A DNA stretch of 64,000 bases from Alphaproteobacteria bacterium (GTDB lineage: Bacteria > Pseudomonadota > Alphaproteobacteria > RF32 > CAG-239). Shown here in pieces: positions 33,530-44,054 of the stretch. Under the pieces are notes generated by a model. That model searched no databases, was not told where the DNA came from, and saw only the letters and a list, made by a program, of their open reading frames with translations. Position 1 is the first letter of the stretch, and the number at the start of each line of letters is the position of its first letter. The stretch covers positions 97,198-161,197 of the forward strand of contig JAZNXK010000011.1 in assembly GCA_045593845.1 (NCBI GenBank), written 5' to 3'. The translations under genes were made by a program, and so were the position numbers.

Positions 33530-34285
33530 ATGTTGTTTGTGCGCTCTTTGCTTGGTAATATATGGGTTTACGGATGGATAGTCATCGGGGTTATTGTGTG
33601 TGGTATTATCGGATGGTTTTTGCCGACAAAATGGCATATAAACTGGTGGAATCATATTATTCTACCTAAAATTTTATGGGGTATGAAGGTTTTCGGCGGT
33701 TTGGATGTTGAGTTCAGAGGCCTGGAAAATCTTGATGATGGGGCAATTTATGCCTGTAAGCATCAATCAGCATGGGAAACCTATGTTTTGACTACGGTTT
33801 TGGATAAGGCGACAATGATTTTGAAAAAAGAACTTATGCGTATTCCGTTTTTCGGTTGGGCGGCAAAAATGTATGGACTGATTCCGGTTGACAGAGCTGC
33901 CGGTGCCAGCGCAATGAAAAAAATGCTTACTTCGGCACAAAAAATTGTTAAAACGGGAAGACCGTTAGTTATTTTTCCGGAGGGGCACAGAGTTGCCGCG
34001 GGAACGTTGCTGAAATATAAACCGGGATTTTTGTTTTTGGCACAAAATCTGAATATGCCGGTTGTACCGGTAGCTTTGAATAGCGGAATGTTTTGGCCGA
34101 GAAGTTCTTTTAAGCATATACCGGGAAAAATTGTTGTTGAGTTTTTGCCAGCGATGAAGATGGAAGGCGATAAAAACGAATTTTTGCAAAGAGTACAAGA
34201 TTGCATTGAGGAAAAGTGCTATGAACTCAATCAAGAGGCAATGCGTGATTTTCCGGCCAGTAAAGTGAATTATAAAGGTAAATGA
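33530..34285 (+). CDS. plsC: 1-acyl-sn-glycerol-3-phosphate acyltransferase
   Basis: KHQSAWET, LKKEL, IFPEGHR, VVPVALNSG. Confidence 0.9.
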   Translation: MLFVRSLLGNIWVYGWIVIGVIVCGIIGWFLPTKWHINWWNHIILPKILWGMKVFGGLDVEFRGLENLDDGAIYACKHQSAWETYVLTTVLDKATMILKKELMRIPFFGWAAKMYGLIPVDRAAGASAMKKMLTSAQKIVKTGRPLVIFPEGHRVAAGTLLKYKPGFLFLAQNLNMPVVPVALNSGMFWPRSSFKHIPGKIVVEFLPAMKMEGDKNEFLQRVQDCIEEKCYELNQEAMRDFPASKVNYKGK

Positions 34286-34288
34286 ATT

Positions 34289-34774
34289 TTAAGCAAATTT
34301 ACCCATAATACGTGATTTTTCACGGTTCCAGTCGCGTTGTTTTTCTGTTTCGCGCTTGTCATAAAGTTTTTTACCGGTGCCAAGTCCTACTTCAAGTTTT
34401 GCTCGACCTTTCTCGTTGAAAAAAAGTCGGATGGCCACTAATGTGCAGCCTTTTTTTGCGATTGCTCCGATTATGTCACTGATTTCTTTTTTTTTCAGGA
34501 GAAGTTTGCGTTCTCTTTTTTCGGCATGAGATGAATAGCCTTTGTTTGCATATTCGGCAATAAACATATTTGAAATAAAAATTTCTCCGTTTTTATCTAT
34601 GCCGAAAGCATCTGTAATATTGGCATGGCCCAGACGCAGCGATTTTACTTCGGTGCCGGTAAGCTCTATGCCGGCAACAAATTTTTGGGTAATATTATAA
34701 TCAAAATAAGCACGACGGTTTTGAGCTACCAATCCTGTTGATATAAAATCAGACTTACTTTTTTTTGCTACCAT
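34289..34774 (-). CDS. smpB: SsrA-binding protein
   Basis: NRRAYFDY, GIELTGTEVKSLR, GKKLYDKRE. Confidence 0.97.
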   Translation of the reverse strand: MVAKKSKSDFISTGLVAQNRRAYFDYNITQKFVAGIELTGTEVKSLRLGHANITDAFGIDKNGEIFISNMFIAEYANKGYSSHAEKRERKLLLKKKEISDIIGAIAKKGCTLVAIRLFFNEKGRAKLEVGLGTGKKLYDKRETEKQRDWNREKSRIMGKFA

Positions 34775-34775
34775 T

Positions 34776-35216
34776 TTATTCGGCAACTTTCAGCGGAGTT
34801 TTTTTGGGTAATGGTTTTTCTTGAGCTTCTGCAGGAGCACTTTTTTCTCGGAAACAATGGCCCTCAATATAAGCTCCCGGTTCAATGGCAATAGTTTTGT
34901 GTGTTGTATCGCCGATAATATGTCCGGTCTTGGCGATAAACAGATTGTCAACAAAGGCTTGTCCGTTGAGGTTGCCGTATAAATACATATTTTGGGCTTT
35001 TATTGTCCCAATGACAAAACCTTTTACACCGACAATAACTTCTTCGCAAACAATATCACCTTTGATGTTACCATCAATATGTAATACTCCTGAAGAGGTG
35101 ATATTCCCGTCTATGGTTGTATTCTCGGCGATTATACTGGGAACAGATGAACTGTTTTTACCGCGTCCGAGAAAACGAGCAATTTTTAAATATAGTGTTT
35201 TTCTAAACTTTTTCAT
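34776..35216 (-). CDS. Bactofilin (polymer-forming cytoskeletal protein)
   Basis: PSIIAENTTIDGNI...IEPGAYIEG beta-helix repeats; follows an M23 peptidase. Confidence 0.9.
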   Translation of the reverse strand: MKKFRKTLYLKIARFLGRGKNSSSVPSIIAENTTIDGNITSSGVLHIDGNIKGDIVCEEVIVGVKGFVIGTIKAQNMYLYGNLNGQAFVDNLFIAKTGHIIGDTTHKTIAIEPGAYIEGHCFREKSAPAEAQEKPLPKKTPLKVAE

Positions 35217-36453
35217 TTGTTCCTCCATTGATTGGTTGAGTTTTTATAAAGGGCATAGGATCAACATCCTTACCCTGATATAAAATTTCGTAGTGCAGAT
35301 GCGGGCCGGTTGAACGTCCGGTTGATCCCATTTCTCCTATAAAATCACCTGCTTCTACAAGCTGTCCTTTTTTGACGTATGATTTGTTTAAGTGTGCATA
35401 TTTAGTAACAAACCCGTTGCCATGGTCAATTTCGACAATATTGCCGTACCCCGAATTGTAACCGGAACTTTTGACTTTTCCGGAAGCCATTGTTTTGACC
35501 TTATTGCCGGTTCTTCCTGCTAAATCTACGCCTTTGTGATATGCTTTGCTTTTCTTAAACGGATCGCTTCTTGCTCCATAAGGAGAAGTTATCCACATAC
35601 TCCAGACCGGTTTGCCGAGGGGAATATATTTTACAATCTGTCGATAGTATATAATGTCATCAACGTCTTTGTATAGCTGACTTACTTTATCGTTAACCTT
35701 CTTCTCGCGTAAAAAGTTGTTTTCTGTCGGAATATATGGACCGCCGCTACCGTTCTGTTTTTTATTATTGGCCCAAATATTAAAATATAACCCGCGTTTT
35801 TTTAATGGTACATTTATAGCGCTGATTGCACTTTTGATTGTATTCATTTCTTTAGCTGCAATTTGAGATACTTTATCGATTACTTCCATCTCGGCTTCAC
35901 GCATGTCTTCAACCATTTTTTGCAATTCTAAAAGTTTGCGGCGCAATTCGTCTCGTTCGGAAAGGGCGATATCTCTTTGTAAAGAAATTTCATTTAAGCT
36001 GGTTTTTTCTTCCAATTTGCTTTGACTTATCCAATTTGATTGGCTGGTGATTTGTTTTACTTTTTCTTCCACTAAGCTTGCTTGTTGTTTGTATTGTTCA
36101 ACGTCAAGCTGATTATTACTGGTTTCATCCAAGTCATCTATCATTTGAGTAATATTGCTTTGCAAAGCAACAAAGTCGCTCATGAGGTCGATATAAGCAT
36201 CTCTGGTAGCATTAAGTTCATTATTTCTGCGGTTTAGGACTCGGTCAGAGTGGTGATACATGTGGGAAGAATGGACAACCCACACAGCAACAAGAGCCAA
36301 TAATATTAACATTATCAGCTGCATTTTTGGGGAAATATTTAACACTCTTGCTCGTCCGTTGCTCCTAAATATTATTTCTTTATTGGAGAAAAGCGGTTTC
36401 TTCTCTTTATATCGCAAGGGTGCAGGAGCAATTTTTTTATGTATCTTTTTCAT
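35203..36453 (-). CDS. Membrane-anchored coiled-coil M23 peptidase
   Basis: HKGVDLAG, YAHL, GSTGRSTGPHLHYE. Confidence 0.93.
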   Translation of the reverse strand: MKKIHKKIAPAPLRYKEKKPLFSNKEIIFRSNGRARVLNISPKMQLIMLILLALVAVWVVHSSHMYHHSDRVLNRRNNELNATRDAYIDLMSDFVALQSNITQMIDDLDETSNNQLDVEQYKQQASLVEEKVKQITSQSNWISQSKLEEKTSLNEISLQRDIALSERDELRRKLLELQKMVEDMREAEMEVIDKVSQIAAKEMNTIKSAISAINVPLKKRGLYFNIWANNKKQNGSGGPYIPTENNFLREKKVNDKVSQLYKDVDDIIYYRQIVKYIPLGKPVWSMWITSPYGARSDPFKKSKAYHKGVDLAGRTGNKVKTMASGKVKSSGYNSGYGNIVEIDHGNGFVTKYAHLNKSYVKKGQLVEAGDFIGEMGSTGRSTGPHLHYEILYQGKDVDPMPFIKTQPINGGTNEKV

Positions 36454-36541
36454 ATAAACATCCTATTGCAAGGCTATGTATAACAAAAAAAATATAAAAA
36501 ATACAGTATTTTTTTTAAGTTGGTAAAAGTGGGGATAATGA

Positions 36542-36853
36542 TTATTCATCCAAAATGATAAATTCGCCTTTGCCGACAAGGTTTAGGACGTCTCTGGCTC
36601 TTTCATCGAGCAAATCTATATCCAAATTATTTGGGGACAATAATTTAATTTCTTGGTTTAAATCTTCTTTTTTCTGTTGATATTGAGCGGCAATTTCTTG
36701 GGCATATTGAACTTCTTTTTTCAAATGCAGATATTTTTGCAAGCCACGCTCACCGCAGAAAATGTTATAAACAAAATAGAAAAAGAGCATAACAAAAGAT
36801 ATCAGCAAACCTGATTGTTTTACCCAATATTTTATGTCATGCAAAAAGTTCAT
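36542..36853 (-). CDS. ftsB: Septum formation initiator (FtsB/DivIC family)
   Basis: TM segment, GERGL, coiled coil, DLLDERARDVL. Confidence 0.85.
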   Translation of the reverse strand: MNFLHDIKYWVKQSGLLISFVMLFFYFVYNIFCGERGLQKYLHLKKEVQYAQEIAAQYQQKKEDLNQEIKLLSPNNLDIDLLDERARDVLNLVGKGEFIILDE

Positions 36854-36890
36854 TCGTTTGTCTCCAAAGCGACATTCTAGAGTTGTTTTA

Positions 36891-37358
36891 TTAAAATTTG
36901 GTAACGGAGCGCTTATTTTTGAAAAATTTTTTTAAGATGTCGGAACATTCGGTTTGCAAAATACCATATTCTGTTTTTGGGCGGTGGTGACAAGTCGAAG
37001 AGGCAAAAAAACGCACACCATTGATGATTGCACCTCCTTTGGGGTCAGGTGTGGCAAAATATACTTTTTGTATGCGCATCATAGATATTGCGGCAGCACA
37101 CATGGTGCAGGGCTCAAGAGTTACATATATTTCCATATTCCAAAGGCGATTTTGTTTGAGTTTTTTACAAGCTTTTTCCATTGCCAAAATTTCGGCATGG
37201 GCAAGAGCGTTGTTACCATGTTCACTTTTGTTACCGGCTTTGGCAATAATTTTACCGTTTTCGGTGTCAACAATTACGGCGCCGACCGGTACTTCGTCAT
37301 TTTCAAAAGCTTTTTGTGCCTCTTTTAAGGCAATTTGCATATAATATTCAGAATCCAT
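36891..37358 (-). CDS. tadA: tRNA adenosine deaminase
   Basis: EVPVGAV, HAE, TLEPCTMC, DPKGG. Confidence 0.92.
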   Translation of the reverse strand: MDSEYYMQIALKEAQKAFENDEVPVGAVIVDTENGKIIAKAGNKSEHGNNALAHAEILAMEKACKKLKQNRLWNMEIYVTLEPCTMCAAAISMMRIQKVYFATPDPKGGAIINGVRFFASSTCHHRPKTEYGILQTECSDILKKFFKNKRSVTKF

Positions 37359-37417
37359 CTTTATTTTTCTCCAATTTTAGTTTATGATATGTTCAAAATT
37401 GTTGAGGATTGTTTAAT

Positions 37418-38137
37418 ATGTCGGAAAGAATTGCCAAATTGATTGCTCGCTCAGGTGTTTGTTCTCGCCGTGATGCCGAAAAACTTATATTACAGCAACG
37501 CGTTACCTTGAACGGAGAGATTGTTGTTTCTCCAGCAATTAATGTTGAAAAAGGTGATGATATTAAAATTGATGGCGAAAAATTGCCGATTATTGAACAA
37601 ACACGTTTGTGGCTTTATTATAAACCTGTCGGTTTGATTACCTCTCATAAGGATTCGAATCGTAAAACGGTATTTGAAAGTTTGCCCGAAGGAATGCCGA
37701 GGGTTGTATCGGTCGGTCGCCTTGATTTGAACTCGGAAGGTTTGTTGTTGCTGACAAATAATGGTGAATTGTCGCGTATGCTTGAGCTGCCGCAGAACGG
37801 GTGGAGCAGACGATATAAAGTAAAAGTGCACGGTGTGTTGGATAAAAATAAATTAGAATCGCTTGAAAACGGTGTGACGATTGACGGTGTTGATTATGGT
37901 GCGGTGAAAATTGTTGTGAACGGAACGCAAGGGACAAACTCGTGGCTGACCATAACTTTGAATGAAGGTAAGAATCGCGAAATCAGAAAATTGATGCAAT
38001 ATATAGGATTAGAAGTAGCAAGGTTGATACGTTTATCCTACGGACCTTTTCAACTCGGAAGTTTGCAGAAAGGTGAGGTTAAGGAAGTGCCGCAGAAGGT
38101 TTTGCGTGAACAATTGGGCGGAAAGTTTGAATTATGA
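37418..38137 (+). CDS. rRNA pseudouridine synthase (RluB-like)
   Basis: S4 domain SRRDAE, GRLDLNSEGLLL, EGKNREIR. Confidence 0.92.
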   Translation: MSERIAKLIARSGVCSRRDAEKLILQQRVTLNGEIVVSPAINVEKGDDIKIDGEKLPIIEQTRLWLYYKPVGLITSHKDSNRKTVFESLPEGMPRVVSVGRLDLNSEGLLLLTNNGELSRMLELPQNGWSRRYKVKVHGVLDKNKLESLENGVTIDGVDYGAVKIVVNGTQGTNSWLTITLNEGKNREIRKLMQYIGLEVARLIRLSYGPFQLGSLQKGEVKEVPQKVLREQLGGKFEL

Positions 38138-38697
38138 GAATTGTTGGTGGTTTGTATAGAGGTAAAAAACTGTTTTCTCCGCAATCTGATGAAGTTCGGC
38201 CGACGGCGGACAGAGCCCGCGAATCGGTTTTTAATATTTTGTATTCAATGCTGAAAAAGCCGTGGGCAGAGTTGAGTTTTGCCGATATTTTTGCCGGAAC
38301 GGGAGCTATGGGATTTGAAGCTCTTTCAAGAGGGGCAAAGAAAGTGGCTTTTGTTGATATTGATGTTGCGCTTGCTAATAAAAATTTGGCAATGTTTCAA
38401 AATGAAAAAGGCAAAGTTTTCGTTCTGAAAAGAGATGCCTGTTGTCTTGGCTTTGCGCCGTGCGCTTTTGATGTGGTTTTTATGGATGCTCCGTATAAAA
38501 AGGGCTTGAGCGAAAAAGCACTTTGTGCAGTGCTTGATAATCAGTGGCTGGAAAAAGATGGGGTGTGTATTGTGGAAACAGGAGCAAATGAAAATCTTGT
38601 TTTTGATGAAAGGTTGGAGTTGGTTGATAAAAGAAAATACGGAATTGCTGCTTTTTGGTTTTTGCAACGAAAGAAGGATTTTCAGCAAGATAAATAA
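38134..38697 (+). CDS. rsmD: 16S rRNA m2G966 methyltransferase
   Basis: MRIVGG, RPTADRARESVFN, DIFAGTGAMGFEALSRGA. Confidence 0.95.
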   Translation: MRIVGGLYRGKKLFSPQSDEVRPTADRARESVFNILYSMLKKPWAELSFADIFAGTGAMGFEALSRGAKKVAFVDIDVALANKNLAMFQNEKGKVFVLKRDACCLGFAPCAFDVVFMDAPYKKGLSEKALCAVLDNQWLEKDGVCIVETGANENLVFDERLELVDKRKYGIAAFWFLQRKKDFQQDK

Positions 38698-38728
38698 AAA
38701 AAGCACCGCGTTTAGGCGGTGCTTTTTT
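38696..38728. terminator. Bidirectional terminator
   Basis: aaaaaagcaccgc-gtttag-gcggtgctttttt. Confidence 0.85.
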
Positions 38729-38732
38729 GCAT

Positions 38733-39314
38733 TTATTTGCTTATCATATCCGCACAATTGACTTCATTTTGAGCAAGTTTTATTTGCTCGCTGAGAGCTT
38801 GTGTCGATTTTCCGCTTAATTCTGATAAAGCTTGCAAATAATCTCCGTTAGTGTTGCTTGAAAAAGCCTCATTTTGTAATTCGGGATAATTAAATAAGAC
38901 AAATCGTTTGATTTGTGAGCTGTGATGGAAATTTTCTTTTTCAGCACGCGTCATTTTTTTCTTTTCCATGTTGAGATAAACACCGTCTTGACGATATTTC
39001 CATGCTGCTCCGTCAACAAGGTCGGTAGTCCAGCTGTAAACAAAAGTAATATTTCCTATTGCGGCAGGATTGATTTGTGTTTTTAGAGCCATCCCTACAT
39101 CTTCATATCCTTCTTTTTTGCCGACAATAGACATACTTCCCGAGGCTCGTTCGGCAGGATAAACGCAGGGAGTTTTGCAGGCAAAGGCACCATCAATATA
39201 GACTGACACTTCTTTAACGTTTGAATCAAAACTGATGTCTTGACTTGTTCCGCTGAAAACTGTGCCGCAACCGGCAAGAGACAGAACGCCAGTAATTAAA
39301 TAAATTTTTTTCAT
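38733..39314 (-). CDS. Lipoprotein with a PEGA-like N-terminal domain
   Basis: LAGC lipobox; GTSQDISFDSN...IDG...CKTP...KKEGY. Confidence 0.75.
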   Translation of the reverse strand: MKKIYLITGVLSLAGCGTVFSGTSQDISFDSNVKEVSVYIDGAFACKTPCVYPAERASGSMSIVGKKEGYEDVGMALKTQINPAAIGNITFVYSWTTDLVDGAAWKYRQDGVYLNMEKKKMTRAEKENFHHSSQIKRFVLFNYPELQNEAFSSNTNGDYLQALSELSGKSTQALSEQIKLAQNEVNCADMISK

Positions 39315-39336
39315 AGTTCACTTCCTTATCAGTATT

Positions 39337-39525
39337 AAAAAAAAGCCGCTTGATGAGAAGCGACCGGAAGTTGGAAACTATTCATACGTATAGTGCGACA
39401 TATTGACCGCAAAGGCTATTTTGTCACCTTCCGGTCAGTTGACCAGAAGGCATTAAATGTCGTTTTAATGCAAACGCGTATGAATGAGGTTTCCACACCT
39501 CGAACAGGCTCATCAATCCCGTCTA
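39337..39525 (-). ncRNA. Structured leader or small RNA ending in a terminator (possible attenuator)
   Basis: Long stem TGGAAAC..ATTCATACG / CGTATGAAT..GTTTCCA enclosing three hairpins; terminator GTCGCTT-CTCATC-AAGCGGC-T8; promoter directly upstream. Confidence 0.65.
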
Positions 39526-39531
39526 ATTTGA

Positions 39532-39560
39532 ATACTATGGTGATGTTTTGTTAATGTCAA
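39532..39560 (-). promoter_or_regulatory. Sigma70-type promoter for the leader RNA and lipoprotein
   Basis: Minus strand TTGACA-17 nt-TAGTAT. Confidence 0.7.
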
Positions 39561-39576
39561 TAATAAATTTGGCAAC

Positions 39577-39610
39577 AAAAAAGCACCGTATTTTTACGGT
39601 GCTTTTTTTT
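39577..39610 (-). terminator. eno terminator
   Basis: aaaaaagcaccgta-tttt-tacggtgctttttt. Confidence 0.85.
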
Positions 39611-39627
39611 AGCAGTGTTTTGAAAAA

Positions 39628-40920
<1,293 letters not shown>

Positions 40921-41058
40921 TTAAATTATAAAAACTGTAATATTACTTCCTTTATTTTACGCAAATTGTCAAGCTGTTATGTGTTTAAATTTTATAAAAA
41001 ATGTTTGCGCTTGTTATATTTAGCATTTATCATGATGTTATAACAGAGGAGGTGTAAA

Positions 41059-41514
41059 ATGTTTTCAGAAAAATGGCATTTACGTTTTATGGAAGTTGCA
41101 AGATTGGTTGCGACTTGGTCAAAAGATCCGAGCACAAAAACAGGTGCGGTTGTTGTCGGACCAGACAGAGAAATCAGAGCAACGGGTTACAACGGTTTGG
41201 TCAGAGGTGTTGATGATGATATTCCGGAAAGATTGGAAAGACCGACAAAATATGACTTTTTTGAACATGCGGAAAGAAATGCAATATATAATGCTTCTTT
41301 GACCGGAGTTTCTTTGAAAGGCTGTGTGATGTATGCGACTCATCCGCCTTGCACCGATTGTGCGCGTGCAATAATTCAATCCGGAATAAAGATGGTCGTT
41401 ACCAACGAGATGAAAATTGATGCCAATTCGCCGAGCGGAACGTGGCGTGATAAGTTGGAATATTCGTCGCAGATGTTCAAAGAAGCAGGAGTTGAATATA
41501 AAATATTAAAGTAA
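41059..41514 (+). CDS. dCMP deaminase family protein
   Basis: SKDPSTKTGAV, GYNG, HAERNA, PCTDCARAI. Confidence 0.92.
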   Translation: MFSEKWHLRFMEVARLVATWSKDPSTKTGAVVVGPDREIRATGYNGLVRGVDDDIPERLERPTKYDFFEHAERNAIYNASLTGVSLKGCVMYATHPPCTDCARAIIQSGIKMVVTNEMKIDANSPSGTWRDKLEYSSQMFKEAGVEYKILK

Positions 41515-41587
41515 CTCTTTAAACTGTTCGGCACAGTGATTAAATCTCAAAAAGCTTTGTAGTTTATGAAAAGTTTTAGGAGGTTTT

Positions 41588-42205
41588 ATGAGAGTTTTAA
41601 TTGCTGACGATCATGCGCTTTTTCGTGATGCTTTGGGAAAACTTGTTGAGGAGTTGGATGCTTCTGCCGGTGTGGTGCAGGTTTCCAGCTATTCGCAGGC
41701 ATTAAAAATTTTGAAAAACGAGCCGCCTTTCGATATGATTATTTTTGATTTGGAAATGCAAGATTTGCTTTCGTGGGAACAAGGAATCGACGAGCTTAAG
41801 AAAGCGGCAAATGGGGCGAAGTTGGTTGTGGTTTCGGCAATAGAAAATCCGAGAAATATCCGCAGTGTGTTGGAGCGCGGTGTTAACGGTTATATCAGCA
41901 AGCGCTCGGAGAGTAAAATTCTGTTAAATGCCTTGAAGTTGATTTTGGAGGGCGGCACTTATATTCCTCCGGTTTTGTTGTTGCAGAATAATCTTGCGGA
42001 AAAAGGAAGTGCTAAAAATTTGACCAATCGGCAGAGCCAGGTTTTGGGGTTGGTGGCGCAAGGAATGTCAAATAAGCAAATTGCTTATGAAATGGGAGTT
42101 TCAGAGGCAACAGTAAAGCTGCATATCAATGCACTGTTACGATCAGTCGGGGCAAACAACCGAACCCAAGCAGTGATTACGGCACAGAAAATGGGGATAA
42201 TTTAG
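41588..42205 (+). CDS. NarL/LuxR-family response regulator (no adjacent kinase)
   Basis: ADDH receiver domain; LTNRQ...GMSNKQIA...SEATVKLH HTH. Confidence 0.93.
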   Translation: MRVLIADDHALFRDALGKLVEELDASAGVVQVSSYSQALKILKNEPPFDMIIFDLEMQDLLSWEQGIDELKKAANGAKLVVVSAIENPRNIRSVLERGVNGYISKRSESKILLNALKLILEGGTYIPPVLLLQNNLAEKGSAKNLTNRQSQVLGLVAQGMSNKQIAYEMGVSEATVKLHINALLRSVGANNRTQAVITAQKMGII

Positions 42206-42270
42206 TGGGGATGGATATTTAAAAATAAAAAAAGGGGCTGACGCCCCTTAATTTTTTCTTTTGAAAAAGG

Positions 42271-42861
42271 TTATGCCTTTTTAGCATCTGCTTTTTTAGC
42301 AGTAGTTTTTGTTGCTTTTTTGGCAGGTTTCTTTTCTGTTTTCTCTTCAGTTTTAGCTTCTGCCTTTTTAGCTGTTTTCTTTGTTGCTTTCTTTTCAGCT
42401 TTTACTTCTTCTTCAGCAACTTTTTCAGCATTTTTCTCTGCGGCTTCTGCTGCGGCTTTTTCGGCTGCAACGCGAGCTAAATCTTTTGCACCTTTGGCTG
42501 TAACATCGCGGTCAACAAGCTCAACAATAGCCATTTGAGCGGCATCACCATAACGGATTCCTGCTCTCAAAACTCTGGTATAACCGCCGTTGCGCTCTTT
42601 GTAGCGTTCTGCCAAAGTGGAGAACAATTTTGCGACAACTTCTTCGTCTCTCAAAAAGGCCAATGCCAAGCGGCGGCTGTTCAAATCGCCTTTTTTAGCA
42701 AAGGTAATCATATTGTCGGCGAAAGTTCTCAATTCTTTTGCGCGAGGCAATGTTATTTTTATTTGTTCGTGTGTGAGCAGAGCGCAAGTCAAGTTTGAGA
42801 ACAAAGCCCTTCTTTGGCTGGTCGGCATATTAAATTTTCTATGTGCATCACCATGTCTCAT
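42271..42861 (-). CDS. rplQ: 50S ribosomal protein L17 with a Lys/Ala/Glu-rich C-terminal extension
   Basis: MRHG, TLPRAKELR, RNGGYTRV, GDAAQMAIVELV plus a low-complexity tail. Confidence 0.97.
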   Translation of the reverse strand: MRHGDAHRKFNMPTSQRRALFSNLTCALLTHEQIKITLPRAKELRTFADNMITFAKKGDLNSRRLALAFLRDEEVVAKLFSTLAERYKERNGGYTRVLRAGIRYGDAAQMAIVELVDRDVTAKGAKDLARVAAEKAAAEAAEKNAEKVAEEEVKAEKKATKKTAKKAEAKTEEKTEKKPAKKATKTTAKKADAKKA

Positions 42862-43063
42862 GGCATTTTCCTTTCATTAAAATTGGTTATGCTTTGTCTG
42901 GCAAAGCGGATAAAACAAGTCGGATACTACCTTCATATATATCCGGCGCGCGGGCAAAAAGCCTTTGGCGTGTGCGCAATATATAAAATATTTTTTTGTT
43001 TTGCAAGTGTTTTCTAATAAAATTTTAACTATTGCCATTGAGACTGATTTTTCGGAGGGCAAT

Positions 43064-43513
43064 ATGAAAATTTTGATACAAAGAACTAAAGGGGCTTTTG
43101 TTGAAGTTGAGAACAAGGTTGTCGGCAAAATTGATAAAGGAATGCTGGTTTTGGTCGGGGTTGAAAAAGGAGACTCAAAAGCAGAGGCTGATTGGTTGGC
43201 AAAAAAGACTACCAACTTGCGGATTTTTGAGGATGACAACGGCAAGATGAATCTGTCGATCAAAGATGTGGGCGGCAAAATTTTGGCGGTTTCACAGTTT
43301 ACACTGGCGGGAGATTGCTCAAGAGGGAATCGCCCCGGCTTCGATGGTGCAGCAGAACCGAAAATTGCAAATGAACTGTATGTATATTTTATGGATAAGT
43401 TAAGGGAAGAAGTGCCGGTTGAAAGCGGCATTTTTCAGGCAGATATGCAAGTGCATTTGGTAAATGACGGGCCGGTTACATTTATGTTGGAGAAAAAATG
43501 TGAAAAAAATTAA
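43064..43513 (+). CDS. dtd: D-aminoacyl-tRNA deacylase
   Basis: [24 protein letters not shown]. Confidence 0.96.
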   Translation: MKILIQRTKGAFVEVENKVVGKIDKGMLVLVGVEKGDSKAEADWLAKKTTNLRIFEDDNGKMNLSIKDVGGKILAVSQFTLAGDCSRGNRPGFDGAAEPKIANELYVYFMDKLREEVPVESGIFQADMQVHLVNDGPVTFMLEKKCEKN

Positions 43514-43568
43514 AATTAGGTATTGCATTTTTTTTTGAATATGCTATCTTGCCTCTCGCAATGGTGAT

Positions 43569-43643
43569 GCGGGCGTAGCTCAGGGGTAGAGCGCAACCTT
43601 GCCAAGGTTGATGTCGAGGGTTCGAATCCCTTCACCCGCTCCA
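43569..43643 (+). tRNA. tRNA-Gly(GCC)
   Basis: GCGGGCGTAGCTCAG...CAACC TTGCCAA GGTTG...GGTTCGAATCC...CGCTCCA; C6:A67 mismatch in the acceptor stem. Confidence 0.95.
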
Positions 43644-43940
43644 TTTTTTAAGACCTCCCAAAACGGGAGGTTTTTTTATTATTCGGGTGAAGGGATTAAA
43701 ATCCCTGTCTTGCTCCTAGGTGTTGCGTTAATCGCAACACCAAGTCGCTTCGGTCACTCGTGTTGTAACATTTGCTTTGCACACTGTCGTGGCTTTGCAA
43801 ATTAACAACACTTCGCCTGTCGTTAAAAATTGCTCATTTGAGAGCAATTTTTTGCCTCCAGCCTGCTCCAATTTTTAAGACCCCCAAAAAAGGGAGGTTT
43901 TTTTATTATTCGGGTGAAGGGATTAAAATCCCTGTCTTGC
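43638..43940 (+). repeat. tRNA-linked direct repeat of about 76 bp (43638-43713 and 43865-43940), period 227 bp
   Basis: gctcca..ttttaagacc..gggaggtttttttattattcgggtgaagggattaaaatccctgtcttgc occurs twice. Confidence 0.9.
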
Positions 43941-43984
43941 CCATAAGTTCTTTTCCTTGTGCTTAACATTTCTTGACAAACATG

Positions 43985-44012
43985 TTGACAAAATAAGATT
44001 CTGTTGTATAAT
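43985..44012 (+). promoter_or_regulatory. Sigma70-type promoter
   Basis: TTGACA-16 nt-TATAAT upstream of the repeat protein gene. Confidence 0.65.
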
Positions 44013-44054
44013 GGCGCCAATTGAATATAATTATGTTTTATTAAATACTTTATT

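Noticed and set aside
43638-43940. CRISPR array
   Set aside because: Only two copies, about 76 bp long with a spacer of about 150 bp, and no cas genes.
43599-43966. Short ORFs sharing GRFFYYSGEGIKIPVL
   Set aside because: They are translations of the tRNA and its DNA repeat and have no ribosome-binding sites.
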